From Eledone cirrhosa (Eukaryota), in contig OZ024748.1 of NCBI GenBank assembly GCA_964016885.1, positions 10,168,001-10,232,000 on the forward strand: DNA of 64,000 nt. Direction: 5' to 3'. Shown piece by piece: positions 1 through 13,774 of this stretch. How positions within the stretch are numbered: position 1 is the stretch's first letter; each line of letters opens with the position of its first letter. The position numbers and the translations under genes are program-made. Under the pieces are notes generated by a model. The model worked only from the letters and a program-made list of their open reading frames with translations. It did not search any database and had not been told where the DNA came from.

Positions 1-23
1 TTTTTTATTTCTTCCTCTTTTAG

Positions 24-1470
24 CCAGCACACCCTCCCACTGGCCGTGTAACCCCAAACTGACCTTAATTGCCCACATTCCGGACAGAAATGAAATTTGT
101 TCATTTGGAAGTGGCTACGGAGGAAATTCCTTACTGGGCAAGAAATGTTTTGCACTTCGACTTGGTTCCATCATGGCCAGCCGTGAAGGATGGTTAGCAG
201 AACACATGTTGGTAAGTATCTCTTTCTCTATATTTATATATGTATATACAGGGTGTTCCAAAAAATATATATACACACTTCAACAGCATTCTAATAAATA
301 TTCGTAAAGACCTGAAAATCCACCTCTTCATTGCTGTAATGGAGTCTGTGCTGCTGTACGGGTCTGAGACTTGGACACTGACCAAGAAACTCACTCAGAT
401 AGTGGATGGGTGCTACACGAGAATGCTGAGGATGGCTCTGAACATTAATCAGTATACACTGAGGATGAAAATCTCAGAGCTGTATGGGAGCCTCCCAAAA
501 GTCAGCTCAAAAGTGACACAGAGGAGACTGAGATTAGCTGGACATGCTCACCGACATCCAGAGTTGACATTGCACTCAGTGCTCCTGTGGGAGCCCCTAC
601 ATGGATCTCGGGAATTTTACCCACCCTAGATAGATATATATATATATGTGTGTGTGTGTCTTCGAAAAGTCAACAAGAAATAAACAGCCCAGTATGATGT
701 TGATATATATTAGTTTAATACTTGACATAGTAGGAAAAAAAGTCTTAATGTTAGTCCTTCATCAGATATATATATATGTATATAACTTTTTTTCCTCTGT
801 TTAGATTTTGGGAATTGAAAACCCGAAAGGAGAGAAGCGATACGTTGCAGCTGCCTTTCCCAGTGCTTGTGGTAAAACTAATTTGGCTATGATGAACCCA
901 ACATTACCTGGCTACAAGATCACGTGTGTTGGAGACGACATAGCATGGATGAAATTTGACAGTGAAGGAAAACTGAGGGCAATTAACCCAGAGGCAGGAT
1001 TTTTTGGAGTTGCTCCAGGTTAGATTTTTAACTTATTTTTTTAAATTTCATTTGTTGTTTAATGTCACACTCCTCTCTAAGTCTGTCTAATTCTCATGTA
1101 CATGGTCTCTCTCTATATCACATGTACTTGGTCTCTCTCTATATCACATGTACATGGTCTCTCTATATCACATGTACTTGGTCTCTCTCTATATCACATG
1201 TACATGGTCTCTCTATATCACATGTGCTTGGTCTCTCTCTATATCACATGTACTTGGTCTCTCTCTATACCACATGTACTTGGTCTCTCTCTATATCACA
1301 TGTACTTGGTCTCTCTCTATATCACATGTACTTGGTCTCTCTCTATATCACATGTACTTGGTCTCTCTCTATATCACATGTACCTCATGTCTTGATCTCT
1401 CTCTCTCTCTCTCTACATCACATTACATCCTTGCTCTCTCTCTTTCTCTATCATATATATCCTCTCTCTC

Positions 1471-1505
<35 letters not shown>

Positions 1506-2079
1506 CTCTTCTTTACATGACACATACCTCCTCTCTCTTTCTGTCTCTCTCTCTCTCTCTCTCTCTCATTTACATCACATGCACCTTCTTTCTTTCTCAC
1601 TCTCTCTCTCTCCCTCATTACATCACATTACATCCTCTCTCTCTCCCTCATTACATCACATTACACCCTCTCTCTCTCTCTCAGGAACCTCCTATAAAAC
1701 CAACCCCAATGCCATGAAGACTATAGAGAAGAACACCATCTTCACCAATGTCGCATCAACCAGTGATGGGGGCTTTTTCTGGGAGGGACTGGAGGAAGAA
1801 ATGCCAAAAGACGTAGAAATATCATCTTGGCTTGGCATCAAAGACTGGAGTCCTGAGAGCGGGAGGACAGCAGCTCATCCGAATTCCAGGTAGGGAGGAA
1901 ATATTTTCATTATATCATGTTGTTGTTATTGCCCTAGATTAAACTCGAGCAAGTTGATATTCGATCAAAAGCCATTCCAGCAGGGAGATTTGGCTGCTAT
2001 TTCTAAGGACATGTAAAATGGATGCTAAACAATGATGATGATATGTGTTGTATATATATATATATATATATATATCTAC

Positions 2080-2149
<70 letters not shown>

Positions 2150-2348
2150 CCTGGGTTCAATCGGGGGATAACCACAGTAAGTAATGTACTCAATACATAG
2201 TAGAGTATATACAATATTTATATATATATTATAAAGAGTTCAGCTGTCAGGTTCCAACTCTTTATAATATAATCATACTCTACTGCCCCAAGTATTGAGT
2301 ACTCTGTTGAGTAATTGTCTAACCAGTTTCAAACTGAATCCATCCTGA

Positions 2349-2403
<55 letters not shown>

Positions 2404-4093
2404 TCATCATCATCATCATCATCATCGTTTAACGTCCCTGTTCCACGCTTGCATGGGTTTGGACGGAGGGTTTTCCCACTTGAGGCAAGAGTGGTTATCT
2501 TGCTCGCATAGGACTATCTGGCAGGTTTTCTACAGCTGGATGCCCTTCGTAACACCAACCACATTTACAGTGTGGGGCTGGGAGGTTTTTACCGTGTTGC
2601 CTACACGGCCACATTACAACGTGGACTGTGTGTTTTTTTGACGTGACACCTACACGATCTCATTTGTTTCGGCCTGGGTGTTGTGGCACCAACATAACTT
2701 TACATTGAAAGGGGCGGTGTGGATGGGGTGGGGGTGGTGGGACAGGGATATACAGTGGAGCCTCAGTTTGTGAACTTAATTCATTCCTGAAAGCCATTCG
2801 TTACCAAAAATGTGTGAATTGAGATTCCACGGTAAAAGCAGGGAAAAGCGGACGTAAAATGAAAATGAAATGAAAATATATATATATATATACATGCATC
2901 CATTTTTCCATGCTTGCATACACACATAAACCCATACTCACACACACACACACAAACCCATATTCACACACATATACATACATATAGTTGTGAAATTATG
3001 TCAATATTTATCCAGCATAAAACATGGATTTAAAATGATGCTGGTTTTACTGTGTCCAATATCAAATTTCCACTGACCTGACTGCTATTACTGCTACTTC
3101 TGCTGCTATTACTGTTACTGCTGATGATGGTGATGGTGGTGTGACCTTTAGAGGAGAAAGATAGAAAGATAAACAGCAACTTTATTACATGTGAAACATT
3201 TTCCTTCTACTGTGTGAATCTATCCTGATGTGTTATGTAAATATTGTCAACGACACACTAATCATTGATTGATTGGATGATAAGACAGGTTGGCTCTCTT
3301 ACTGTGTGTGTGTGTGTGTGACTCTCTTGCTGTGTGTGTGTGTGTGACTCTCTTGCTGTGTGTGAGTGTGTATGTGGCTCTCTTACTGTGTGTGTGTGTG
3401 TGTGTGTGGCTCTCTTACTGTGTGTGTATGTGGCTCTCTTACTCTGTGTGTGTCTGAGGCTCTCTTACTGTGTGTGTATGTGGCTCTCTTACTCTCTGTG
3501 TGTATGTGGCTCTCTTACTTTGTGTATTATGTAGCTATGTGTGTGGCTGTATGGGAGTGCCACCACTACACCTAATGTCCCCCCCTCCATACACATACAC
3601 ACATGTATATCATGACTCATACACTATTCACTTCCCTCACATTTGTATATTATTCTATGTACTATACATGCACCTTTGACGAGTTGTAGTGCACCTGAGC
3701 ACTTTACACAATAATTTCATTATTATTATTATTATTATTATGTGGCTATGCGTGTGTGAGTATGTATGTGGCTCTGTGTGAGTGTGTATGTAGCTCTGTG
3801 AGTGTCTATGTGGCTATAAGTGTGGCTGTGTGTGTGTGTATGTGAAGTCTGAGTGTCTGATACAATTCATATGGAGAGTTTTATTGAGTGATATCTGCTG
3901 TACAAGATATATGTCAGCTTGTTATAAGTATGTATGTGTCATCAGTATCATCATCATCACCACCATTTAACTTCCTTGTTGGAAGACAAGTCTGACCAGA
4001 GTTAGCCACGCCTTACTGTGCTCCGACGAGGACTGTAAATTTAGTCGGGTATTTTACAGCTGGATGCCTTTCCTAACACCAACCACATTTACA

Positions 4094-4146
<53 letters not shown>

Positions 4147-4902
4147 TACATACCGTATTTCCCGGCGCCGAAAACACTTCGTCCTCGAGGACACACCCTA
4201 ATTTTGACAACCAAAAGTTTGAAAAAAAATAATAAACAACCTTCGGCCTCCAGGACGCATGGTAGATTTTTTTTAGACTTATTTTAGGAAAAAAGTAGCG
4301 TCTCCGACACCAGGAAATACAGTATATATATCATCATCATCATCATCATCATCATCGTTTAACGTCCCTGTTCCATGCTTGCATGGGTTTGGACGGGGGT
4401 TTTCCCACTTGAGGCAAGAGTGGTTGTCTTGCTCGCATAGGACTGTCTGGCGGGTTTTCTACAGCTGGATGCCCTTCCTAACACCAACCACATTTACAGT
4501 GTGGGGCTGGGAGGTTTTTACCGTGTTGCCTACACGGCCACATTACAGCGTGGACTGTGTGTTTTTTTGTCGTGACACCTACACGATCTTGTTTGTTTCG
4601 GCCAGTATATATATATATACTGAATTTCCTGGTGTCGGAGACGCTACTTTTTTCCTAAAATAAGTCTAAAAAAATCTACCATGCGTCCTGGAGGCCGAAG
4701 GTTGTTATATATATATATATATATATATTTAAATCATAGTAATGAGAGAAAGACACATAATAAATTATATCAGATAATAGGGTATAAAATACCACCCTGG
4801 TAAAGCACATAAAAACTACAGATGGACTTGTATATACAAATTAATTAAAAGAATAAATCAAAGTGTACAAGCCTCAATTATAACAATAAACACCTGGACA
4901 TA

Positions 4903-4947
<45 letters not shown>

Positions 4948-7932
4948 TAGGGTGTGGTAAAAACCAGCTAGACCATAACCCACCAGAGTACTCGATACTT
5001 GGGGTAGTAGAGTGGGTAATATGAAGATTCGGGACCCCTAAGGCTGAGCTCTGGCTATTTCAACAGCTAGTTCGGATCTAGCTTTTCGAAACAGCCAGCG
5101 TTCACCCATTGGGGTCCTGAATCTTTTCATATATATATATATATAATGTTTCGCTATAAAAATCATAATACATACAGGAGCTTCTCAATAGGTGTACCTG
5201 TAAATTATGAGTTTCACAAATGATAGCGAGAGAGCAGGTAACTAACTTCTGATACGCACAAGGTGCCAACAAAGGAGCAGTGTGAATCAGTTAGTCCACG
5301 GAGGCTTGAATAAGCTATTAGATTGTTAAAAATAGCAGTCTAGAACCAATCAAGTAGACAAAGGCTCTACTAATATTAATTAATTAGGAGCCAAATATAT
5401 CAATGGCACATGGTTTAGTGGTTAGAGCATTGGGCTTGCAATCGAAAGGTTGTGAGTTCAATTCTCGGACCGAGTGATGTGTTGTTTCCTTGAGCAAGAC
5501 ACTTTATTTCACGTTGCTCCAATTTACTCAGCTGTAGAAATGAGATGATAGGACTGGGGTCTCTATCATTAAATTACCCAAGACACCTCCAATGGGATAT
5601 ACCTTGGAGGAGGCCAGCTTAACCTGCATAGGTGTGAGCTGTCACTACTACTACTACTACTAAATATATCAAATTAAAGGTAGATGATAAGAGATTATTG
5701 TGAGTTTTTAACTCTACTTTTTAATTTGTTAAATTTGTTCGCCTTGTTCCTAAATTAGAAATCTATATGTTGGTCTTTTGTATAATCTTTAGGTTCTGTA
5801 CTCCAGCTAACCAATGTCCAAATATGGATGAGGCTTGGGAAAGTCCTGAAGGAGTTCCTATTGATGCCATTATATTTGGTGGCAGACGACCTGAAGGTAA
5901 GCAACTCTACTGTTATTACATCACTTAACTATTAAGATTCTTTGATAATTTTATAGTGAGAAGACTTGGGTTTGTTAATCCAAATTATATACATCACCAT
6001 CATCATTATTACTGTTTTATGTCTGTTTTCCATGCGTGCATGGGTTAGATGGGTTGTTGCATGCTAAGGCCAGATCGATCAGGTGGCTGTATCCTCAGGC
6101 TCTCTATATTTTGACATGGCTTCCACAGCTGGATGGCCTTTCTAATGTCAACCACTTGACAGTATGTACAGGGAGCATTTTATCGTGACTTTACAGACTA
6201 GTCTGGGCATAGCCAATTTCTTCCAGAGAAAGACAGATAGAGAGGAAGTAAGGGAAATATAGACGAAGAAGTGATCCCAGTACTTGACTGGTACTTTTTT
6301 TATCGACCTCGAAAGGATGAAAGGCAAAGTTGAACTCAGTGCCAAAATGAATATTATGATTAGCAGAATCTTTAGAACGTTGGATAAAATACCTTGTGGC
6401 ATTTGTTCCTTCTGCTCTTTACATTCTGTGTTCAAATCCTGAGGTCAACTTTACCTTTCATTCTTCCTGCATCGATGAAATAAAGTGCTAATCAAATACT
6501 GGTTTGATATAATCGATTTTCCCGTTTTCCCAAATTGCTGGCCTTGTGCTAATATTAGAAAGAAACATTTCAAACACTAACAGTTGCAGCACTACTTTTT
6601 GTTGTAGATGTAACATGGTACCTTACTTACCATTCACATTACTAATCAATAGACTAGTTGTAGTTGTCTCCCCTGCATACATATTCATCTTAGGTTACCT
6701 AATTTGCTTTCACGAAGTAAATGCATGAAAATGTGTTGTTTTCAGTTTGTTTCAGTCTTTAATTTTCTTTCTTTATATACAGGAGTACCTTTGGTGTATG
6801 AAGCCTTCAACTGGGACCATGGGGTCATGATTGGGGCTTCGATGAGATCAGAAGCCACAGCAGCAGCAGAACATAAAGGTAGTTAACATTTATCATGTGA
6901 TATAAACTGGTTTCTTCTGATTTGAGATGGTTGGCACCTCTCACTTGCAGCATCTTCTACACCGTTCTGGAAAACGAAGAAAACTTTGATGTCGTCATTG
7001 TTGTTGCTGTTGTTATTGTTGGATTGGCAGAATCGGTAGACACCATGCTTCGTGGCATAGAGTTACGGCCCTTTATGATCTGAGTTCAAATCCCGCCGGG
7101 GTTGATTTTTGTTGGATTAGCAAAATCAGTAGAGCATCGGACACCATGCTTCGCGGTATAGAGTTATGGCCCTTTACGTTCTGGGTTCAAATCCTGCCGA
7201 GGTTGATTTTTGCCTTTCATCCTTACAGGGTCAATATACTAAAGTACCAGTAATGTACTGGGGTCGATTTAATCGACTTCCCCTCCCTCCAAATTGCTGC
7301 CCTTGTGCCTAAATCAGAAACTATTATTATTATTGTTAAGGTGGAGGGCAGTAGATTAACAGAGTAGTTAGTGTCAGACAAAATACTTAGAAGTATTTAG
7401 TTACAACCCTTCATGTTATGAGTTCAAATCCTTCAATTCAGCTCTCACCCCTCTCTATCTCTCTTTTATTTCAGGTAAAGTCATAATGAACGACCCCTTC
7501 GCCATGCGGCCGTTCTTTGGCTACAATTTTGGTAACTATCTCAAGCACTGGTTGTCAATGAACAAACCAGGTGTGACGTTGCCCAAGATCTTCCACGTCA
7601 ACTGGTTCCGCAAGAACGAAGAAGGCAAGTTCATGTGGCCAGGTTTTGGTGAGAACTGCCGTGTCTTGGACTGGATACTCCGTAGAATAAACCAGGAGGA
7701 CTGTGCTGACTCTTCGGCCATCGGCTTCCTTCCGAAACCAGGAAGTATCAACATGGACGGTTTGACTGGCTCCGTAGACATGGAAGCCATCTTTCACTTG
7801 CCAAAGGAATTCTGGGAAGGTGAGGTGAAAGATACTCGGAAATATCTGTTCCGTCAAATTAATGATGATGTACCAGACACAATTTGGAAGGAAATTGACA
7901 ATCTTGAAGAGAGAATCAACAAATCACTTTAG
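24..7932 (+). CDS. PEPCK: Phosphoenolpyruvate carboxykinase [GTP], 3' part (5' exons lie before the window); exons 24-211, 805-1018, 1685-1889, 5793-5896, 6783-6878, 7475-7932
   Basis: Spliced translation gives [32 protein letters not shown] / [12 protein letters not shown] (P-loop) / VGDDIAW / [14 protein letters not shown] / HPNSRFC / IFGGRRP / [14 protein letters not shown] / FHVNWFRK / WPGFGEN. All introns are GT-AG with matching phases; TAG stop at 7930-7932. Cytosolic vs mitochondrial isoform cannot be called because the N-terminus is missing. Confidence 0.97.
300..615 (+). mobile_element. RTE-clade LINE fragment (C-terminal RT region) in a PEPCK intron
   Basis: ORF 240-629 contains [35 protein letters not shown], typical of the RTE ORF C-terminus. 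It is preceded by a partial CAGGGTG MITE end at 248-300. Confidence 0.8.
1095..1385. repeat. Minisatellite, ~25-27 bp unit (ctctatatcacatgtacttggtctct), ~11 copies
   Basis: Direct tandem repeat visible in the sequence; it explains the repetitive ORFs 1062-1717. Confidence 0.9.
2148..2350. mobile_element. Fold-back of two Penelope-like 3' tails in (TA)n/(TG)n, no ribozyme core
   Basis: Central hairpin atattataaagagtt/aactctttataatat; outer arms gtactcaatac..agtagagtat / atactctact..gtattgagtac. The left tail matches the hammerhead-bearing family at 19752-19872, 41245-41385 and 60006-60132. Confidence 0.6.
2401..2760 (-). mobile_element. 5'-truncated RTE LINE 3' UTR (or derived SINE) with (GAT)n tail; near-identical copy at 4331-4603, degraded copies at ~3950-4095 and ~5995-6200
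   Basis: Shares ggttggtgttaggaagggcatccagc..gtagaaaacc and cccatg..ggacgttaaacgatgatgat with the 3' UTR that follows the RTE ORF at 22204-22610. Confidence 0.8.
4151..4324. mobile_element. Tc1/mariner-pogo type MITE; a partial inverted duplicate lies at ~4604-4705
   Basis: Termini TA-CCGTATTTCC ... GGAAATACAG-TA. 4617-4705 is the reverse complement of ~4237-4324. Confidence 0.7.
4945..5130. mobile_element. Penelope-like tail plus internal fold-back, in (TA)n; relatives at 14675-14782, 54158-54270, 55045-55160, 62136-62205
   Basis: Shared gtgtggtaa..accag..gaccataac.caccagagtactc.atactt.gggtagtagagtgggtaata. Internal inverted repeat atgaagattcgggacccc / ggggtcctgaatcttttcat. Confidence 0.6.
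5405..5545 (+). mobile_element. tRNA-derived SINE (family B), head region; longer minus-strand copies at ~11790-12120 and ~62910-63220, fragments at ~24060-24200, ~42620-42730, ~60215-60340
   Basis: A box tggtttagtggt and B box gttcaattc, followed by tccttgagcaagacactttatttcacgttgctcc; dispersed homologous copies. Confidence 0.8.
7020..7335 (+). mobile_element. tRNA-derived SINE (family A), partial plus full copy; the most abundant repeat in the window
   Basis: A box tggcagaatcgg and B box gttcaaatccc; body tttgcctttcatccttacggggtcgataaaataaagtaccag; (TTA)n tail. Further copies at ~6270-6560, 11560-11720, 18983-19310, 20125-20300, 34895-35050, 40570-40970, 44460-44660, 45580-45765, 51333-51517, 58285-58410, 58563-58700, 59540-59690, 61922-62112, 63741-63931. 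Confidence 0.9.
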
Positions 7933-8300
7933 AAGTTTAAAAAAGAATAAAAGAAAAAAAAAACATATTTTTCTGGAAATAATTTTTTTTTTTTTTTTTT
8001 TGCCAACTTTTGTTTTTTCCTGAAAAACATAAATCTGGGATTTATCTGTAATAATAGTAATGATCAGGATAATAATACAATTGTATTTTATAAACTTTTT
8101 GGGGAGAAAAAAAAACAGGAACAACAGTGGCAATAGCAATAAATAAAATTTAGATAAAATTAAGAAACAAAAAAAAAAAAAAACAAAGTAATGTAAAATA
8201 AAAGAATATTTTTAAAATAAAATTTACATGTAATTCTAACCATACACACCCTAAAAAAAAAAAAAAAAAATTTTAAATTTGTCTTTGTCTTAGTTTTCTT

Positions 8301-8512
8301 TTAACCTTTTAACATTTACATTACTCTATATATACTATTGTATTTTCATGGTAAAGGCTTTATCTTACATAATATTGTATCTGAGATTTTGATATTTATT
8401 TTGAGAACAATACCTTAACATCAGTATGAGTGGCTAGTTACAGCCGGTTTGAAGAGAGAGAGGTGAGGGAATTCTGGCTGGATACGACCAGTTTAAATGT
8501 GAAAAGGGTTAA
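8301..8512. mobile_element. piggyBac-like MITE (TTAA ends, CCCTTT/AAAGGG termini); copies at ~50390-50626 and 52047-52318
   Basis: ttaacc(c)ttt..catttacattactcta ... aaagggttaa; the internal gagaacaataccttaacatca is shared by three copies. Confidence 0.75.
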
Positions 8513-8558
8513 TTATAATTATACTCTGTCATTAATCCATTTAATATTTCTAAGCATT

Positions 8559-8760
8559 TACCAGGGTCGGTTGAAAAGTTCATAGGCTGACTATGAAAGA
8601 GTTGTGCTAGAGCTGTGGAATCTTGCATGCATTAATTTCAGCTCTTCTTATTAATAACTGCATTATTTCTTTCCTGGGACTATGTTGAAAAATAGACCTC
8701 ATTTGGTCATTCCATGAGAGTATCTTGGTCAGCCTATGAACTTTTCAGCTGACTCTCGTA
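8559..8760. mobile_element. mariner-type MITE
   Basis: ~30-bp TIRs TA-ccagggtcggttgaaaagttcataggctgac / gtcagcctatgaacttttcagctgactctcg-TA. Confidence 0.85.
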
Positions 8761-8780
8761 AAATTATAGAATTATATAAA

Positions 8781-9416
8781 TGTCCGAGATGCGTGCGCGA
8801 CTAGGAAACCGTTGCGCACGCATTTGTACACTGCCTGGGCTTTACCGACCTGTGGGACTATGTAGGACAACTATTGTCGTGGGTGGGACCAATCCAGTTG
8901 ACCACTGAGTCCATTGTCAGGATGAAACCGCCACCCTCCTTCAAAAACGAGGGAGAGGCGGTTTTCCTATGTGTTATGGCTATGATGAAAGAGGTTATAT
9001 GTTGGACAAGGTTAAAAGGGCCGAGGTCAGACACCTTTCTCTCCGGCGAGCAACTGATTCGTTTTTTCAAATATCATTTTGGAAGAAGAATCAGGGTGGA
9101 GAGAGAGGTGCTGTACCCCAGCAAATTTTATAAAAGGTGGGTGAATAGGGCAAAGATGGCCCGAGTGGTTGGGCCTTCTCTCTATATAAGCCTGTAGGTT
9201 GAGGAAAGTGAGGAAGGGAGTACTCACTCTTGGTGCTCCTAGAGATGAGGGTTGTACATTTTTTCGGGGTGTGTACAACCCCTGTGTAACGCCTCCCCCC
9301 CTATTGGGGATTTCAATTGTTATTTTATTAATAGTTTTATTTTCATATACCTGTATGTAAACTCCCCATTTGTATTTGTCCCCTTCTTTTGTGCCCTTGT
9401 AGCTAATAAAGAAAGG

Positions 9417-9458
<42 letters not shown>

Positions 9459-10135
9459 CCTATCTATCTATCTATCTACCTATCTATCTATATCAATCAA
9501 TCAATCTATCTATCTATATACCTATCTACTTATCTCCATCTATCTACCTACCTATCTGTCTATCTATTTGTCAATCTATCTATCTATCTATCTATCTGAC
9601 TGTCGAGTCTATAGTAAGGATCAAAGCGCCAGCCTCTTTCAAAAACGAAAGAGAGGCGGTTTTCCTCTGTTCAGTGGCTATGGTGAAAGAGGTTATATGG
9701 TGGACAAGATTGAGAGGACTGAGGACAGATGCCTTTCTCTCCGGACAACAATTGATTCCCTTCTTTAAGTATCCCTTTAGAAGGAGAACCAGAGTGGAGA
9801 GAGAGGCACTGCACCCCAGTAAATTTACTTAAAGGTGGGTGAATGAAGCGAAAATGGCCTGAGTGATTGGGCCTTCTCTGTTTATAAGCCTATTGGGTTA
9901 AAGAAGAGAGCAAAAGGAAGAAAGGAACACTTGCACAACACGCTCCTGAAGTTGAGGGTTGTTCTATCGACGGGGTATTAAACAACCCATTTGTGGCGCC
10001 TCCCCCCTATTGGGGATTTCGATTATTATAATTTTTTGTTTCAACATTTTTACACGACTATGTAAAATCCCCAGCATGTGTCTTTGTATTGTCCCCTTTT
10101 CTTGTGCGCCCTTGTGGCAAATAAAGAAATATATC
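8781..10135 (+). mobile_element. Two tandem 5'-truncated Tx1/L1-clade LINE 3' ends (8781-9416, 9598-10130), each ending in (TATC)n
   Basis: CPRC..ETV.H....C zinc knuckle followed by [30 protein letters not shown]; 3' end gctaataaagaaa + (tatc)n. Confidence 0.8.
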
Positions 10136-10300
10136 TATCTTTCTATCTACCCATCTATCTATCAGTCTATCTATCTAGATCTAGACATTCAAGCAATTAG
10201 ATGTGCGTGTAAGTGCCTATGCACGCACGTATGTATGAAGGAAAGAAAAAAGAAAGAAGCAAGCAAAGTAAAGTAAGAAAGAAAGAAAGAAGGAAAAGCC

Positions 10301-10340
<40 letters not shown>

Positions 10341-10789
10341 TGTGTGCACGCCACCAATTGTGTAAGTTAGAAAGTGTGTGTTAAGTATACAAGGAGAATG
10401 TATTGTGTACACAACTCATACACATGCATAAGTACGTACACATATATTACATGTATACATACTACATACATATATATATATATATGTTGATTTAAAACTG
10501 CACTATCAACAAGTGTTTTTTAGCCTTCATATCATGTTCTCCTGTTTTATCTGATGAAAACACAAATATTATTGTTTGATGATGTTTGTTTTTGAAATGC
10601 GCATAATAAAATATATGGAACTCCTTTAACCATCTTTTGATCTTATATTATGCATACTCCAGTCCCACAAACTGTAGAGTGCTTCTTATCCGATATCTGC
10701 ATTGCTTTATTGTACTACAATAAAACTCACCTCCTACATACATATATATATATATATACATTTTGTAATCTCATGCAATAATGTGTGTG

Positions 10790-11360
10790 TGTCCGTCTGT
10801 CTGTCTCTCTGTGTGAGAGTGTATGTGTGTGTGTCCGCCTGTCTGTCTCTCTGTGTGAGTGTGTGTGTGTGTCCGTCTGTCTGCCTCTCTGTGTGAGAGT
10901 ATATGTATGGTATGTGTGTGTGTCCGTCTCTATGTGAGTGTGTGTGTTTAACTGGTGTGTGTCTCCATTTGTCTGTCTGTGTGTATGTATGCGTGTGTGT
11001 TTCCATTTGTCTGCCTCTGTGTGTATGTGTGTGTGTGTGTTAACTGGTGTGTCTGTCTCTCTGTGTGTATGTGTGTGTGTTAACTGGTGTGTGTGTCTGT
11101 CCGTCTGTCTCTGTGTGTATGTGTGTGTGTGTTAACTGGTGTGTGTGTCTGTCCGTCTGCCTCTGTGTGTATGTTAACTGGTGTGTATGTGTGTGTGTGT
11201 TAACTGGTGTGTGTGTCTGTCTGTCTGCCTCTGTGTGTATGTGTGTGTGTGTGTCTGCCTCTGTGTGTGTGTGTTAACTGGTGTGTCTGTCCGTCTGTCT
11301 CTCTGTGTGTATGTGTGTGTTAACTGGTGTGTGTGTCCGTCCGTCTGTCTCTCTGTGTGT
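10790..11360. repeat. (TG)n-derived compound minisatellite with ttaactggtg nodes
   Basis: Repeated gtgttaactggtgtgtgt.tctgtccgtctg.ctctgtg units. Confidence 0.85.
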
Positions 11361-12414
11361 ATGGCGGTCTTTGGCAGCTTTACACAAATAAATTAATGAA
11401 ATATCTTCTCTTAAACTGACAAAATGGGGTCACGATTACAGAAATCTTGCATAAAACCTTAGGGGCTTTCCTTAATAAACAAAACCCCTAATATTTACAA
11501 TAATAGCTCCCCCTTATTGAATAAGCCTCAACAGTTCACGGGGTGGGGGAATGGAAAGTCTCTTAAATCGACCCCAGTACATTACTGGTACTTTATTTTA
11601 TCGACCTCGCAAGGATGAAAGGCAAAGTTAACCTCGGCAGGATTTGAACTCAGAAAGTAAAGGGCCATAACTTTATGCCGTAAAGTGTGTAGTCCGACGC
11701 TCTGCCGATTACTGTCAATTCAGTTATTATTTATAATAATAACTCCTCTGTTGAATAAGTCCCGATGGATCTTGTAGTAGTTGATGGGCCTCCGTCGATT
11801 CCGACGATGAGTAGTATTCCACTTGTCGAAAACAACGAAACAGCTTGCTCGTGAAATTGACATACAAGTGGTCCAGAATTCCACAGACACGTGTACCCTT
11901 AACATAGTTATCAGGGAGATTCAGCGTGACAGAAGGTGAGAGGTGTGACATGGCTGGGCCTTTGAATTACAAGTACTACTATTTTTTTTTCAGCCTAATT
12001 GACTGGAGACACGTGAAATAAAGTGTCTTGCTCAAGGATACAATGCGTCATCGGAAATCAAACTCACATCGTTACGAACCTAAACCGAACACCCTAACCG
12101 CTAAGCAACGCGCCTTCACTTCACTTGATAGGTACGAATGCGTAATAATATTGGAATTAGAGCAAAACAAAATAGTACCCCTGGGCCAAAGATACTTTTT
12201 GTTTGTTTGTTGTAATACCAATACTTATGACACCTGTTAGGGCTTTTGTAATGAAATCTCTAAGGTTTTAAGAAGGATTTGTGCAATCGTGACCCCATTT
12301 CGTCAGTTTGGGGAAGTGGGGGTGATATTTCACTGATTTATTTGTACAAACATGTCAAGGGCCGTGTGCCTTGGGTTATATAACTGACCTACACAACGGT
12401 GGATGTGTGGGGGG

Positions 12415-13290
12415 AGAGATAGATAGATATCTTTATTTGCCACAGGGGCGTACAAAAATGGGACATTAATAAACGTGACGGCGGGGATTTTACATAAAAT
12501 CTTTAACAATGATGAATAGATAGATAGATAGATATGTTTCTTTATTAGCCACAGGGGCACAAAAGAAGGGGACAAATACAAAGGGGGAAGTTTACATACA
12601 ATAAAAACGTTTAAAATATTATCACAAATACAATTTAAAAGTTAATCGATTTTCCCCAATAGGGGGAGACATTTCATATGGGTAACACATACCCCCGAAA
12701 AAAATGTGCAACCCTCATCTCTAGGAGTACGAAGAGTGAGTACTCCTTTCCTCTCTTCCTCTTTTTCTTCGACCTACAGGCTGATATAGAGAGAAGGCCC
12801 ATTCACTCGGGCCATTCTCGCCACTTTCACCCACCTTTCATAAAACTTGCTGGGGTACAGCACCTCTCTCTCCATCCTGATTCTTCTTCCAAAGTGGTAT
12901 TTGAAAAAAAGAATCAGTTGTTGGCCGGAGAGAAGGGTGTCTGACCTCAGCCCTTTCAACCTTGTCCACCATACAACCTCTTTCGCCATAGTTATTACAC
13001 AAAGGAAAACCGCCTCTCCTTCGTTTTTGAAGGAGGGTGGCGGTAGATAGATGGGTAGGTAGGTAGATATATGTGTGGGCGGATAAATAAATAGATAGGT
13101 AGGTAGATAGAGAGGTATGTAGGTAGTTGGCAGATAGATAACTATCTTTCTTTATTTGCCACAAGGGCGTATAAGAAATGGGACATTACAAGACGTGACG
13201 GCAGGGGTTTTACATAAAATTGTGAAAACTTTAACAATAATAAATTAAAATAAACTATATATTAAAATAAGATATCAATCGAAACCCCCA
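12415..13290 (-). mobile_element. Chain of Tx1/L1-clade LINE 3' ends separated by (GATA)n; main copy 12535-13043
   Basis: Near-identical reverse complement of 21520-22023 (ORF AKEVVWWTRLKGL..). Short tail copies at ~12430-12510 and ~13146-13290. Confidence 0.85.
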
Positions 13291-13774
13291 GTAGTGACCA
13301 TAACCTTTCCCTTGGACTACATCGGTGGCGTGGAGAGGGAATACTGGGATGCATGGGCGACTTCTGGCCTTCCCCAAACAACCTTGTCTAGACATGTACC
13401 TCGGAGGGAAACTTTCTAGGTGCAAATCACATGATCATTCGTGACCGAAGGGGATCTTCGTATTGCTGGAGTGTTATTGCAAATTTTGGTTTATGGACAT
13501 CTTGAACGACAGGAGATGCTTCAAAAAAATCAAAATGGTTGCTGAAGAACATCAAGACAGAGAATCTGTTATATATGGATCAACAGGTTCTATGGTAACA
13601 TTTTCCAAAGAAAATCTTTTGGTAAATTTCTCGAAAAAGAATAGTTTGCAAAATTTTCGAAAAAATAATTATTATTTCTTTATTTAATAATTATTTCTTT
13701 GATAATGACTATTTCTTTATTTCTTTGATACTAACAGCAATAATACTCAGAGTAATACGTGACTGACTGCACCC

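Noticed and set aside
5405-5480. tRNA gene
   Set aside because: A and B boxes are present, but there is no clean cloverleaf and the sequence continues into a SINE body found in several copies.
7486-7500. PEPCK MNDPF instead of the common MHDPF
   Set aside because: A single substitution at a position I cannot tie to catalysis.
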